A stretch of DNA of 64,000 nucleotides. It comes from Octopus sinensis (lineage: Eukaryota). The first letter of the stretch is position 1, and each line of letters starts with the position of its first letter. The stretch lies in the NCBI RefSeq assembly GCF_006345805.1, contig NW_021825323.1, positions 1,229,440-1,293,439 of the forward strand, read 5' to 3'. Below the pieces are notes generated by a model that did not search any database, was not told where the DNA came from, and saw only the letters and a program-made list of their open reading frames with translations. This document shows positions 53,032 through 64,000 of this stretch, in pieces. Made by a program: the position numbers and the translations under genes.

Positions 53032-54141
53032 CAGTTTACCCTCTATTGCTCGCCATTTCTATAACTCGCCACTTTTTTGGAAAAAATGCCATTTTTACTA
53101 AGGAAATTCCATTTCTCGCCAAATTCTCTTACTCGCCACGTTTTAGTATTAAAAAATTAAAATTTATTATTAAAAAAAATAATTTTTTCAAATATTTATA
53201 TCGCGTGTTTTTTTTGTAACATGAGGAAGTGCTCAAGATTATCTTATGATCAAAAAAGAGAAATTATAAATTATCTTATTGATAATTCTTCTCTAAGTCT
53301 AAGGCGTGTGTTTCAGAAATTTTTCGTCGCGTTCAAAAAATCAATTTCGAGACGTGCAATTAACGATCTTAAATTGAACAAACAGAAGATTCTTGGAATA
53401 ATCCAATTTATGGGAGAAGTTCTCGTTTTTCGAGACTTAGATATTCAGCAATTGATTCTGAAATTATTGCCTGGATAGATTACATGAAATCTATTGGAGT
53501 TTGCCTCAATGATGAGATAATTTTGTCGAAAGCAACTGAAATTGCTGCGTTAAACGGTCTCTTCGAATTTAAAGCCAGTAAAGGATGGCTTGAAAAGTTC
53601 AAAAAAAGGCACAATGTAAAACTAAGAATTTTTCATGGTGAATTGGGATATACTGCGGATGAGTTCAAAGACCAAATTATAGACTTTACGTACTCTGAAA
53701 ATGACGAACTTCATGAATTTGTTCAAAACAATAACTATGAAAATAACGATGAAAATGCAATTTTAGACAGTTCAATTACTGAAGATTGTGAAAGAAACAA
53801 CTGTATTACACATCGAGATGCGATAAAATGTATTTCGGACCTCAAAAAATATTTTTCAGATGACGATAATTTTGATGTGAATATGCTAGAAAGTTTATTA
53901 AAAATCAAAAAAATATAGAGAAAAGATCATACAAAAAAACTATAAATGATTACTTTACTTAAAATTTTGGTTTTTTAAATAAATGTTTCGGCTATTTATT
54001 TAAATGTTTAGATAGTTAAAAATTATAGAAATTTTTTGTTGATAGAAAATAGGATATTGATTATTTCTCTTACTCGCCAAATTCTCTTAGTCGCCAATTT
54101 TGGCTTGGTCCCAAAAATGGCGAGCAATAGAGGGAAGACTG
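53032..54141 (+). mobile_element. Tigger/pogo-type DNA transposon, internal deletion derivative
   Basis: 27-bp TIRs (cagtttaccctctattgctcgccattt, 2 mismatches) with TA TSD at 53030-53031 and 54142-54143. HTH and CENP-B-type FKASKGWLEKFKKRH domains are present; the DDE domain is absent. Confidence 0.92.
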
Positions 54142-54399
54142 TATTAGCAAATTGTTCAAATAATACAGCTAGACAAAGTTAAAGACTAATCATTTTTTTT
54201 TGATTTTCATAATTGGCCACAAATTTTGATTTTTTAATAAATTTGAATTTTATTAATAAAATTTGTCATTTCTTCTCGCAATAATTATACTCGTCTAAAT
54301 TTTGATCAGAAAATATAAATTTTATCTTAGAAGAATTCTCATTTTTTCTTCTCTGCATTTGGCCGAAAGATTTTCTTTTTTTGTTTAATAAAAAAATTC

Positions 54400-56000
54400 T
54401 TCAAAAAAAACATTCTTTTGAAAAAAGATTCTCTTCTCAAAGATAGCAAGAAACATAATCTAGCCTCAAAAAATATCAAATCTTAAGTTTTCTGAACTTG
54501 ATGAAAAATTCGTTGAAGGATGGACTTGATTGAGTATAGAGGTATTTTATTTAGGGTCTAACATTTAGGCGGTTTTCTTAATGATGCCTTAATTTCTAGT
54601 AAAGCTATGTTATTTGCGCAACAACTTAAACTAGTAAATTTTAAAAACTCAAATGGTTTTTTGGACATTGATTTCGAATGCGAGAATTGCATGGAGAAAT
54701 GAAAACTGACGATTCCGTTGACATCGAGTCTTTTCTTTCTAAATTTCGTGAAGTTTCACAGAGATACAATGATGATCAAATTTACAACTTAGATAAAACT
54801 GGATTGTTTATAAAAGCATTCCTTCAAAATCCATTTGTCGTAACCGATTTAAAGGTTATACAAATTTCAAGGATCGTGTTTCCATAATGCTTTGCACGAA
54901 TATGAGTGGAACTCATAAATTAAAACCTGTGATGATATCAAAACCCAAAAAAAACCCGATGTTTCAAAAACTACAATTACGATTCATTTATTTTATATTA
55001 TAGCTCCCAGCGTGCTTGGATGACCGGAAAAATGTGCCTCATAGATTGGCTAATAAAGTTTAATTCAATTATATTTATTAAAAATATGGAAAGCTAAATT
55101 GATCAGGAATTAATCGGCCAGCAAGCCGGATGGAACAGCTGTTCCCACGCACAACGGCCAACAGGATCCTTTGGATTAGGAATGTAAATTCCCTAGGATC
55201 CTTGGAGCGTAAAGAACAGAGGTGGCCAAGTTTCTTTAGATGATCAACTGTCTTTGTGCCAAAGACGCACGAAGTCTCAACAACAATTGGCCAAAAACAA
55301 AAGCCGTCTAACAAGCCCTGGTATTTTTCGGATTTTGTATGTTCAGCCCTATTAGCACGGGACCCGGGCAGAGAGGCGGATTCGTTAATGGCCGACTTAG
55401 AGAAGGAATCAACACACGTGACATCCCAAACTAGTGGTTTACCAGCGTCGAAAGCGAACAACGTCGAGCCATCAGGCCTTTTTCCATCACCACGGTCAAG
55501 ACCAATTGGCTCAAGGACAGAAGGATACCCTGCCTTTTCGAGGAATCTAAAATTACAGAAAAAACAAATTTTAATTTGAATCTAAAATTACAGAAAAAAC
55601 AAATTTTGTTTATTTTAGATAACTTTCCTTCCCATTGCATACCAGAAAATTTGTCTAATATTGAAATCATGTTTATACCGTGAAATAGTACAGGCTTGGT
55701 CCAGCCAATGGACCTGGGAATCATAAAAAATTTTAAAACGCTTTTCAATAAGCACAAACTTGGATATTTAACGGATTTATTTGAACATCAAGAAATATCC
55801 GTTTATAGTTCATATAAAAAGCTCACATTAAAGGATGTTGTGATATTTGTTAAAATGGAATGGGAAGATGTATCGTAACATTCCATTTCAAATTGTTTCG
55901 GATTTCTAAATAATGATAATGTGAAAAATAAATCAGAAGATAGTATCATAACATTTATTTCGGAATTCTAAATATTGATAACGTAAAAAAATCAGAAGAT
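54400..56000 (+). mobile_element. Degenerate Tigger/pogo transposase remnant, interrupted by a CRE-like insertion
   Basis: IYNLDKTGLF, MLCTNMSGTHKLKP, WMT, ILFILDNFPSH and VQPMDLGIIKNFK (DDE_1-like motifs), with frameshifts. Ends not defined. Confidence 0.8.
55070..55545 (-). mobile_element. CRE-like retrotransposon 3' fragment
   Basis: LEPIGLDRGDGKRPDG...VWDVTCVDS...VVETS...IQRILLAVVRGN. Confidence 0.85.
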
Positions 56001-56200
56001 AGTATATCAATAGAAAGGACAGATATTTTTAATCCGTTGGTATTGAAGAATTTCTTGAATATGAATATGCAGAAAATGATAAAATAGAAGAGATGGAGAA
56101 TTGCTGAAACATTGAAAATGAAAATGATAAAAATATAAATGATGATGAAGAAATTAACAAAATGACATTGTAGACAGGTTAACGACAATTGAAAAAGATT

Positions 56201-56407
56201 GGGGCCAAGACGATCGCTCATCTCAAGAAACTTGGCCGCCTGTGCACCTACCGCTCCAGATATCCGAGGGAACTTATATTCCTTATTCAGAGGATCTCGC
56301 TGGCTGTTTTACGCGGGAATTGTCTTTCAATCCTGCAAGCCAGTATATAATAGCTAGATTTTTTTTGACGATGTCTCTTTTTAGTTAATTATAATTTTCG
56401 CCCAAAA
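56201..56407 (+). mobile_element. CRE-like 3' end with 14-bp TSD
   Basis: GAKTIAHLKKLG...LIQRISLAVLRGN. TSD aattgaaaaagatt at 56187-56200 and 56408-56421. Confidence 0.85.
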
Positions 56408-56539
56408 AATTGAAAAAGATTTATTAAAAAACATTAAAAACGAGCATGATGTCTTACTAATCTCATCTATAAGACGTTACAAAGAAAATATAGTGATATC
56501 TAAAAAAAACAAATTAAAAAAATTGAGATTTTTTTCATC

Positions 56540-57200
56540 GAAATGTCGGACTCAGGGAACAAATATCCAAATATTTTCTTGTTGCGAGACAATAGCCTTT
56601 GAAACACTTTCATCACAAATTGGGGAACCAAGAATCAAGATCTCCAAGGGCAGTTCAACTGAGGCCGTCAATCTTCTTCGCAAGTAGCAAGAAGGCATTA
56701 CTCCGATTTGTTGGTGGGTCGGAAAGTCAAATTACTTCACATTTATCACCATTTAATGAAAGCCCAATTTTCACAAATTCGAATTTTATCTTCAAGAATG
56801 CCTCTAAAATCACTTCAAGAGGACCGCCAAGAGTGAAGTCGTCAAAATACCAAAAATTGACCGGCGAGGAAGTGCTACGTGCCACATGATCCACACAGAC
56901 AGCGAATAGAAGAGGGGGTCACTCTGTTGGATTCCACATTCCGACCTAATGACTTTCCCAGAAAACACAAGCTGCTTGGGATAAAATATGCGAGAAAAAC
57001 TATTGGGAATATCTTGGGGCAGCGTTCGGACAATGCCTCGAGCATGTGGTCACTCCTTACGCTATTGAAAGCTTTATTAACATAAAGTTTGAGAAGGAAG
57101 GGAACATTCTTTGGCGTGGAAAACGACAACTGGCGGGTAGCGTGGGATAGTGTTTCGCAAGCCCGTTTAACACCGACCCCGAATTGATAAGGAAATATTA
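56540..57200 (-). mobile_element. CRE-like reverse transcriptase fragment
   Basis: YQFGVGVK..CE, KAFNSVR and FWYFDDFTLGGP...GLSLNGDKCE, with frameshifts. Confidence 0.8.
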
Positions 57201-57262
57201 GTAAATTGTTCAAATAATACAGCCAGACAAAAGTTATAGATTAAAAATATCATTTTATTCTA

Positions 57263-58650
57263 CAGTGCTCGTCAAAAAAAATTGCTCAGCCATTTTTTCA
57301 TGCTTTTATTGACAAATTAATAAAAAATTTAATCTTACGCTTCATTTTTTATTTTAATTCTTAAGTATATTAATTTATTTATGCGATTTTATTTCAATAT
57401 AAGGAATTTAAAGCATAAAAATTCAAATCTCGTGACAAAAAACATTGCTCACTTTTCTTGTTATTGCATATGCCACGTTCTCCCAAGAAACAGTTAACTG
57501 AATTTAAAAAAGGGATGATTATTGCGTACTTTAAAGAGGGTAAATCAATCAGAGAAATCTCAAAAATACTTAATTTGCCGTATTCCACAATTTCATTTAA
57601 TATTCGAAAATTTTGAGAATTTGGAACACTGCATCGGAGACCGGGCTCAGGACGTCTTCCGAAACTAAGTTCCCCACAAATACAATTTTTATGTAATGAA
57701 ACCGAATCACATCCTACATTGTTGGCAGTGGATTTGTCCAACAAAACTAAAGAAACTTTCAATATTGATGTTTCCCCTAGGACAATTCTGAGAACTTTGA
57801 ATAAAAATGGGGTATATTGTCGTGTAGCAAAAAGAAAGCCATTGCTTTCTCAAAAAATATTATTTCGAGATGGTCTGCGTCACTACGATTTTTATCGATA
57901 TCTGATAGTACATGGAAATCAGTGATATTCTCAGATGAGTCAATGTTCGATGTTTTTAACAACAGAAAACATCAGCTTGTTTACAGAAAAAATAAAACGG
58001 AGTTAAAAAATGCACATTTGCTGCCGACTGTTAAGTTCGGATTAGGGAGAGTTATGATTTGGGGCTGTATATCGTATAGTGGTGTAGGCAATTTGGTTTT
58101 TATCGAAGAAACTATGAACTCTGGATATTATATAAATTTACTGTCTAATAATCTGGACCAATCAGCTGAAAAAATGGGCTTATCCTCGTTTATTTTTAAA
58201 CAGGATAATGCTCCATGCCATACATCTCGTATGGTTAAGGCATATTTCGAAACCAAAAAATATATTATTCTTGATTGGCCATCGCAATCACCGGATCTTA
58301 ACCCAATAGAGCATGTGTGGTGCTTTATGTAAAGAGAATTAGCTAAAAATCCCCCGAAAAGTAAAGAGAATCTAAAGACAAATATTATGAAAATTTGGCA
58401 GTCAATTCCTAAAAGTTTTTTACAAAACTTAGTAAATTCAATGAGAAAAAGGAGTTATTCTTTATATTTAGCAAGGGGAGGACATATTAATTACTGATAA
58501 TGAGATTTCCAAATTTGTGCTAATGTTATTTGTCTTGCAATTTTTTGTTTTTGTTTAAGTTTGTAAATAAAAAAGAAAAATTTTATTATAAAAATTAAGG
58601 TATAATAATAAAATACTACTTAAAGATGTTTACAAAAAAATAAATCAGAA
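57263..58650 (+). mobile_element. Tc1 (DD34E) transposon; disrupted transposase 57470-58497; right TIR missing
   Basis: Left end TA-CAGTG at 57261. FSDES, QDN and [12 protein letters not shown] with 34 residues between D and E. Stops at about 57617 and 58330, frameshift at about 57858. Confidence 0.9.
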
Positions 58651-58671
58651 TAATGGTCGTTTTTTGGTCGT

Positions 58672-61367
58672 TTCTCGGTTATTTGGTCGTTTTTTGTCGA
58701 ATATCATCGAATCGGCTACGTCTGCTAGATTTTTTAGGTTTTTAACAAGTCAGCTTCTGCCTCTGCTAAAGCAAAGTATGTGTAATGGAGTTGTATGCAA
58801 GATATAGATGACGATGAGTGCCTATCCAGTTTAAGGGAATTGCTGCAACAAATAAGCAGATTCGACTGGACGGAGGATGAGTGTATGACCGAGGCTGTCT
58901 CCGCCATTGCACATTACTCCCAGAATTTGTCACATCAGCCATTTGGACTGCTTAGTGTGATGAGAATGTGCAGTGATGTCATTAATCCTAAACATCGTGA
59001 CGAGGAAAACCAAAGCAAGTTTCAGAGGCTTTCGTTTCTTCTTTATTTTGTGTCTGCTAATGGATTCCGTTGTCTGTTCGAACTGATAAATGTTTTTCAC
59101 ATATTTCTGGATTGTTCTAGAATATTCTAACCATCGCTGAACCAGCTTGGTTGTCCTTTGCCCCTTCTGTAGAAGTAATGACTTATTTTTTGAACCTGCT
59201 CCTCCCAACGTTGCAAATTATTCTCACTTTTGTACGAGAGGTGTCAGAATGCGGATGTCCAGTTGTCGACTTTAGTCTTTATGTTCTCTAGTTTAAAGAT
59301 TCGGCCATTTTCTGTCCTTTGCTTCGTTGTTGGAGTTTAGTTTTTCACCTTCCGGTTGGATCCAACAACAAAAATGAAGTATTCTGTTTGTCTCCAATTG
59401 GTAGATCACTTGCACTGTGATTGACATTCTGACAGAATTCATCCATTCGGAAGACACCTGTTCTGACTTGGGTTTTCTGGGTTGTTTAACTGTAGATTGC
59501 ATGTGGGTTACAATGGTGAGGGAAATGCTTTCGAATATGCTCTATTCTCCCGAATATTACATCCCAGGTCTGAATTTGCTGTCCTCTCTACTGCCCCCTC
59601 CAATTGAGGTCGTCCAAACTTCTACTTTCCGCCTTCCGTGGGAAAAACATCTAATGGTAGTCAAGTCGGATATTGGCAAGATGCTCAGAACTCTTGGAAG
59701 TTGGTTTGTGCACAAACACGCAGTTTCGTCCTCCATTCCAGTTCGACGTCGTCTTTTGCGAGTTTTGCGTCAACTTGTGGATTTGGGTGTAGAAATGGGG
59801 ACATTTGTCATTCGGTGGCTCCTTTTGTTTTATTTGTAGGTCGTTGGTGTTGCTTGTGTGTGATTTTGTCAACGAGGGTGACGACCTGATGGTTCGAGGG
59901 GATCAAACGATAATCTTTGTGCCCTTTTCGCACTCGAGTTGTTTGTTGCCATTGCTGGAAAGACAGAAATTGGAATGTCTTGTTTTGCGTGTCTTCTTCT
60001 AAATTCAAGGTCATGTTTGATCACATTTTGTAGTGAATCTTCATTTTTTGAAGCGTTTTTATTGACCCTTGTCAGTATATTTGAGGGCGACCCATCCAGA
60101 AATAAGGTCATGACTAATCTGGGTCAACAGATTACCGCGGTTTGACTTTATTTCAACATTTTAGACTTATTTCGAGTCTTTATGTTCATATTTTCCATCA
60201 AATAAGGTTCTTTTGTGTTTATGAAGAGTTTCAGATTTTCCAATATTTGATGCCACTGTTTATAAACAAGACGTTTGGTCGAATTTGTCAGGCTCTGATT
60301 CACCACATTCTCTGTTCAAGACGTGATTCGGTCAATGTGTCCATTCATACTGTTGAGTTACTGGCTTGTAGAGGAAATGCTGGATTGATATTTGAGTTAA
60401 CCAAATTTAGGTTATTTGTAGAGCCTTGGGTAATATGAACTCACTGGGGTCTGATTTCCAGTCTTTATTGATTCCTGTTTTAATAGTTCCTCAATAGATT
60501 TGCTAATATCTGTCATTCGACTGCTGGGTTGTCTCGTTGCACATTCCCGTGACAGAGATGAGTCATATTTGACGATTCGGCGAATATTTGAATTGAATTA
60601 TGACTGGTTTGATCATTTAGAGGCCAAAATAGAGGTTGGATGTCCAAAAATAATTTTCAGTTTGTGGTCGGGCATTCAATAAATCTCAATTCCTTTTTTG
60701 ATTTTAATCCTGAATATGAGTTTGATGACATATCTGAAAGTATGTGCCGTCATCACTGTTTTAGAGATTCAGCAGCCATTGGAAGCTGATTTTTTGGAAA
60801 AGATTTACAGTTCTCGGCAGAATGGAGAGGCGACGAAAGAACATTATGGACCAATTCGTTTAAAGGCTCACATTCCGTGTTATATTGCTAGGAGTCCTTT
60901 ATGGTAGACAAGGCAATTGTGGAAGACAATTTTGACTTATTAGAGAAGGCTTTGCACAGTGAAGCGGGAATGAATTTTGTGGATAACTACATGTCTGATC
61001 AACTACATTTGAGGCGGTAGTGTTAAATATTAGTTAGGTGTAGAGAACATTCCATGTTGTATGACACGAGTGGACAGAGTAGAGGAATACGGGCTTATGT
61101 TGCCCCAATGCGTGGTCGGAGAATTGGAGGACGGGGAATGTCAGTCTCGGCTATTCGGAGTTCAAATAGCAGTAGATATTCCTCATTGCACATTGATGAA
61201 TTTAAACGACTGACAAACCCGACTTTGAATGTTTATTTGTGCATTTATATTCATAGACCACACCCTTGCCAGAACAGTCGGATAACGACGATCTGACCTA
61301 CCTCACAAGTTTGTTCCCACCAGACCATGTTTGTAGGTTTTATTACCGGAAATCATTAATTTGTTGA
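58672..61367 (+). pseudogene. VIRMA: Virilizer / VIRMA, copy C (5' half missing)
   Basis: Homology to copy A begins at the equivalent of 13621. 1-nt deletions at about 59911 and 60465. Confidence 0.88.
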
Positions 61368-61433
61368 TCACTTTTTGTTTTTTATAAAAATTTTTAAAGG
61401 AGTTAGATTTAATGAATTAGTGAAATTAGGGGG

Positions 61434-61708
61434 TTAGACGTCATTTATATAGTCATTCGGATTCTTGCGATGTGCCTGTTCAAATTCATTATCGGCCCAT
61501 TTGATGGTGAGATAGCCCAGTGCGATGGCTAAGTGATTGTGGCACTACTCTTACGTGTGGCCACAGTTATGAAACTACGTTTGAAGCGATAAATCAATTT
61601 GGGAATTCCGTTTTTGAAATAGCCTGGATATGCTTTTTGTGCAAAGGGGGAAATTGTAAATTCCACAACTCCGCGAATGTGAGCCAAGTTTCCAAATTCT
61701 TTTCCCAT
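61434..61708 (-). CDS. UQCRQ: QCR8, copy C, intact
   Basis: 275 nt with the same 26-nt intron and an open frame, as in copy B. Confidence 0.92.
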
Positions 61709-62480
61709 CTACAAATATAAAAACTGCCACACAAGCGTACACTCTAATGTTGCGTTTTAATTATATTTATAGTACTTTAATAAAAACTATATAAATTATA
61801 TTTTTGGTGACAAACACTAATTTAATCAGATTAAAAACAATTTAAATATTTTTGAAAAATTATTCAATCCTAATTGTGTTATCTATCTTAGTATACGTAG
61901 TTCACCGTCCGAAGCATTATTTGTGGAGTTTCTCCATGATGTTTTTCAGATCTTACCAGATCACCTACCAAAAACATAGAATAAAGATATTGAAATGATA
62001 AAGCTTCCAAATTGTTTTTTATGTACTTTTATAAATTCAACTTGAAGGCTTTTTGACATCGAATCCATAAAATATTGGATCATAATTTAGAAATAATAAG
62101 TTCCATTATTTTCATTTCTAAAGACCTCAAAGCTTTTGAAAACATCTGAAATTAATCTTACCCTGCTAATACAAGTTTAAAAAAATGGTTGTCCAAAATA
62201 TGGTCAGTATGAAAAGTGAAATAAATTTCTAACTAAATGAGAGGTTGGGATGAAAAATCCAAATTGATGCTCGCCTATCCAGTCTTTTCCTGACATTTAG
62301 TCAGCGAGAAGCCCTGGACTGCACTTTTTTGGAGGTCTACAAAGCCAGAAAAAAGAGAAAAATGCGTGGAGTGTCATTCCCTGCTCACTTTGAAGACTCA
62401 GAAATTAGTTAGGCAATTAATTAGTTTTTTTATTAATAAATCAAAGTTATTTTTGGTTAGTACATTACAATTAATTAATT

Positions 62481-64000
62481 TTAGCACTTCACATTTCATT
62501 TCCAATTACAAGTCTGTATTTGGGAATCATAAAGAAGATTTTCGGGGCAATTAACAACAAATCCTTTGTATCCAACATGTGAACATAAAACAAACTTCGA
62601 ACATTCTGGATGTTTATGAATGCCAGGTTTGATACAAATCAATTCTAGATTTAGTTAAAAAACAACCTTCATTAATAATTTCGAATCCGTCTAAACTGTC
62701 CGTGGTCATTTTTTTAGTATTTTTTTCATAATTGTTTTTTGTAGCTATGACATATATTATACTAATAACATGTTTTTTGAAATGTCGTTTTCATCCTGTT
62801 TTTATTTGTTTTAATAGAATTATTCTTCAAATTTAATTAAAAACCAACATGAACAGATGATATTTTACTTTGCTTGGTTGTATTTTCTGAAGGTTTAAAA
62901 TTAATTGTATCAAATTCAGTTTCACCAACTGAGTGCGTTGTCTAGCTTAATAAATTTACAAAAATAACAAGCACAGCAGTTTCATTTTTATCAACATTGT
63001 TGTTATAATTTTTTTTGCTATTTATCCAGTCCTATAGTGTTTAGTTTCTACAATAGTTACAATTCCTGGATAAATTCCCAATGATTCGTGCATTTGACCA
63101 ATCAGTGGACTTTTCCCTTGATTACATATTTTTCCCGAAAAGTCGTCAAGACCCAGTGTCCAGACCATCATTCCTCGCAAAGAATTTTCTTTCACGTATT
63201 TTGCCATTTAACTATTTCAAAATATTGTACCTTTTCTCGAATACTTCTTTTTGTCTCGATTCCAATCCAATAGTGATTTTTAACTCCGTGAGACACTTTT
63301 TGTTTATTGTCCCAAATTTCTTGATAATTTTCATTGCAATACTAAGTTATACATATAAATAAAACTTCGATAAAGCCCAAAATCCCTGGAGTATATAATA
63401 CGTTTCCTTGAGGAGTCCCTCCAATTTTTTTATCACCAAGCTTTCCGTTTTTGTTAGCAATTTTAAACCCTTGTCCATATGTCCCCAATCCGATTACTAA
63501 TTTCGACCTATTTGCTCCATTTTTGATGTAATAATTAACTGCAAAATCCTAAATTGTGATAAATCATTGTTCAATACAGTATTGAACTCGTCATTATCAT
63601 TTGTCCCGTAAAGTCCGCTATGATGCCCAACAGAGTTCGAAAATTGTCCATAAAAATCATACGTCATTAAAAAAATTAAATCAAGATATCTAAATAAGAA
63701 GAAAAAAATACTTCGATAAATCTGGAATGTTTAATGAGTTTTCAATCGTTGATCTGCCAGCAGAAACTGCCGCAGTCAACATGTTTTTTAGATTTATTCT
63801 TTTTAAAAACATTACTCATTATCTATTTGTAAAAATAGATTAGAAAACTTTGATTAGTCGAGAGAAAGATTCCTTTTGATTGTTTGGATATTCCCAATCA
63901 ATATCAAAACCATCAAAATTATATTGAGACAAATATTTCATTGTGTTTTTTGCAAAAATATGTGCATTTCTCGCACTTTTTGATATTGTAGTAAATTCTG
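62481..64000 (-). pseudogene. GH18 chitinase + CBM14, copy C (5' part beyond window; 2-nt deletion at about 63784)
   Basis: Near-identical to copy B. SKKYMLTAA is frameshifted by loss of TA. Confidence 0.85.

Overview
AT-rich eukaryotic genomic DNA from a metazoan with a respiring mitochondrion (atypical PKC, virilizer, SRF and the complex III subunit QCR8 are present). Nearly every host gene is split by GT-AG introns of about 21-35 nt, so the ORF track shows only fragments; gene models below were spliced by eye. This intron size suggests a highly reduced parasite such as a dicyemid, or possibly a myxozoan or orthonectid (inference, not a search result). Most of the window is a segmental amplification of one block [TE remnants / unknown pseudogene - aPKC - virilizer - QCR8 - GH18 chitinase with CBM14]: copy A about 3.4-26.1 kb (three tandem chitinase units), copy B about 26.3-42.9 kb, and partial copy C from 58.7 kb to the window end. 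The copies have decayed in different, often complementary ways. A single-copy block at 45.9-53.0 kb holds ITPK1, an SLC17 transporter, YJU2B/CCDC130 and NMD3; three of these four carry apparent lesions or non-canonical splice sites. Many transposon remnants are present (Tc1, Tigger/pogo, hAT, RTE-like, R4/NeSL-like, CRE-like), several with exact target-site duplications and an empty site in the sister copy. The best leads are three introns with no usable AG acceptor, an apparent minimum intron length near 21 nt, and the complementary degeneration of the duplicates. Single-base homopolymer lesions could be assembly errors. No prokaryotic features, CRISPR array, rRNA or tRNA were recognised.
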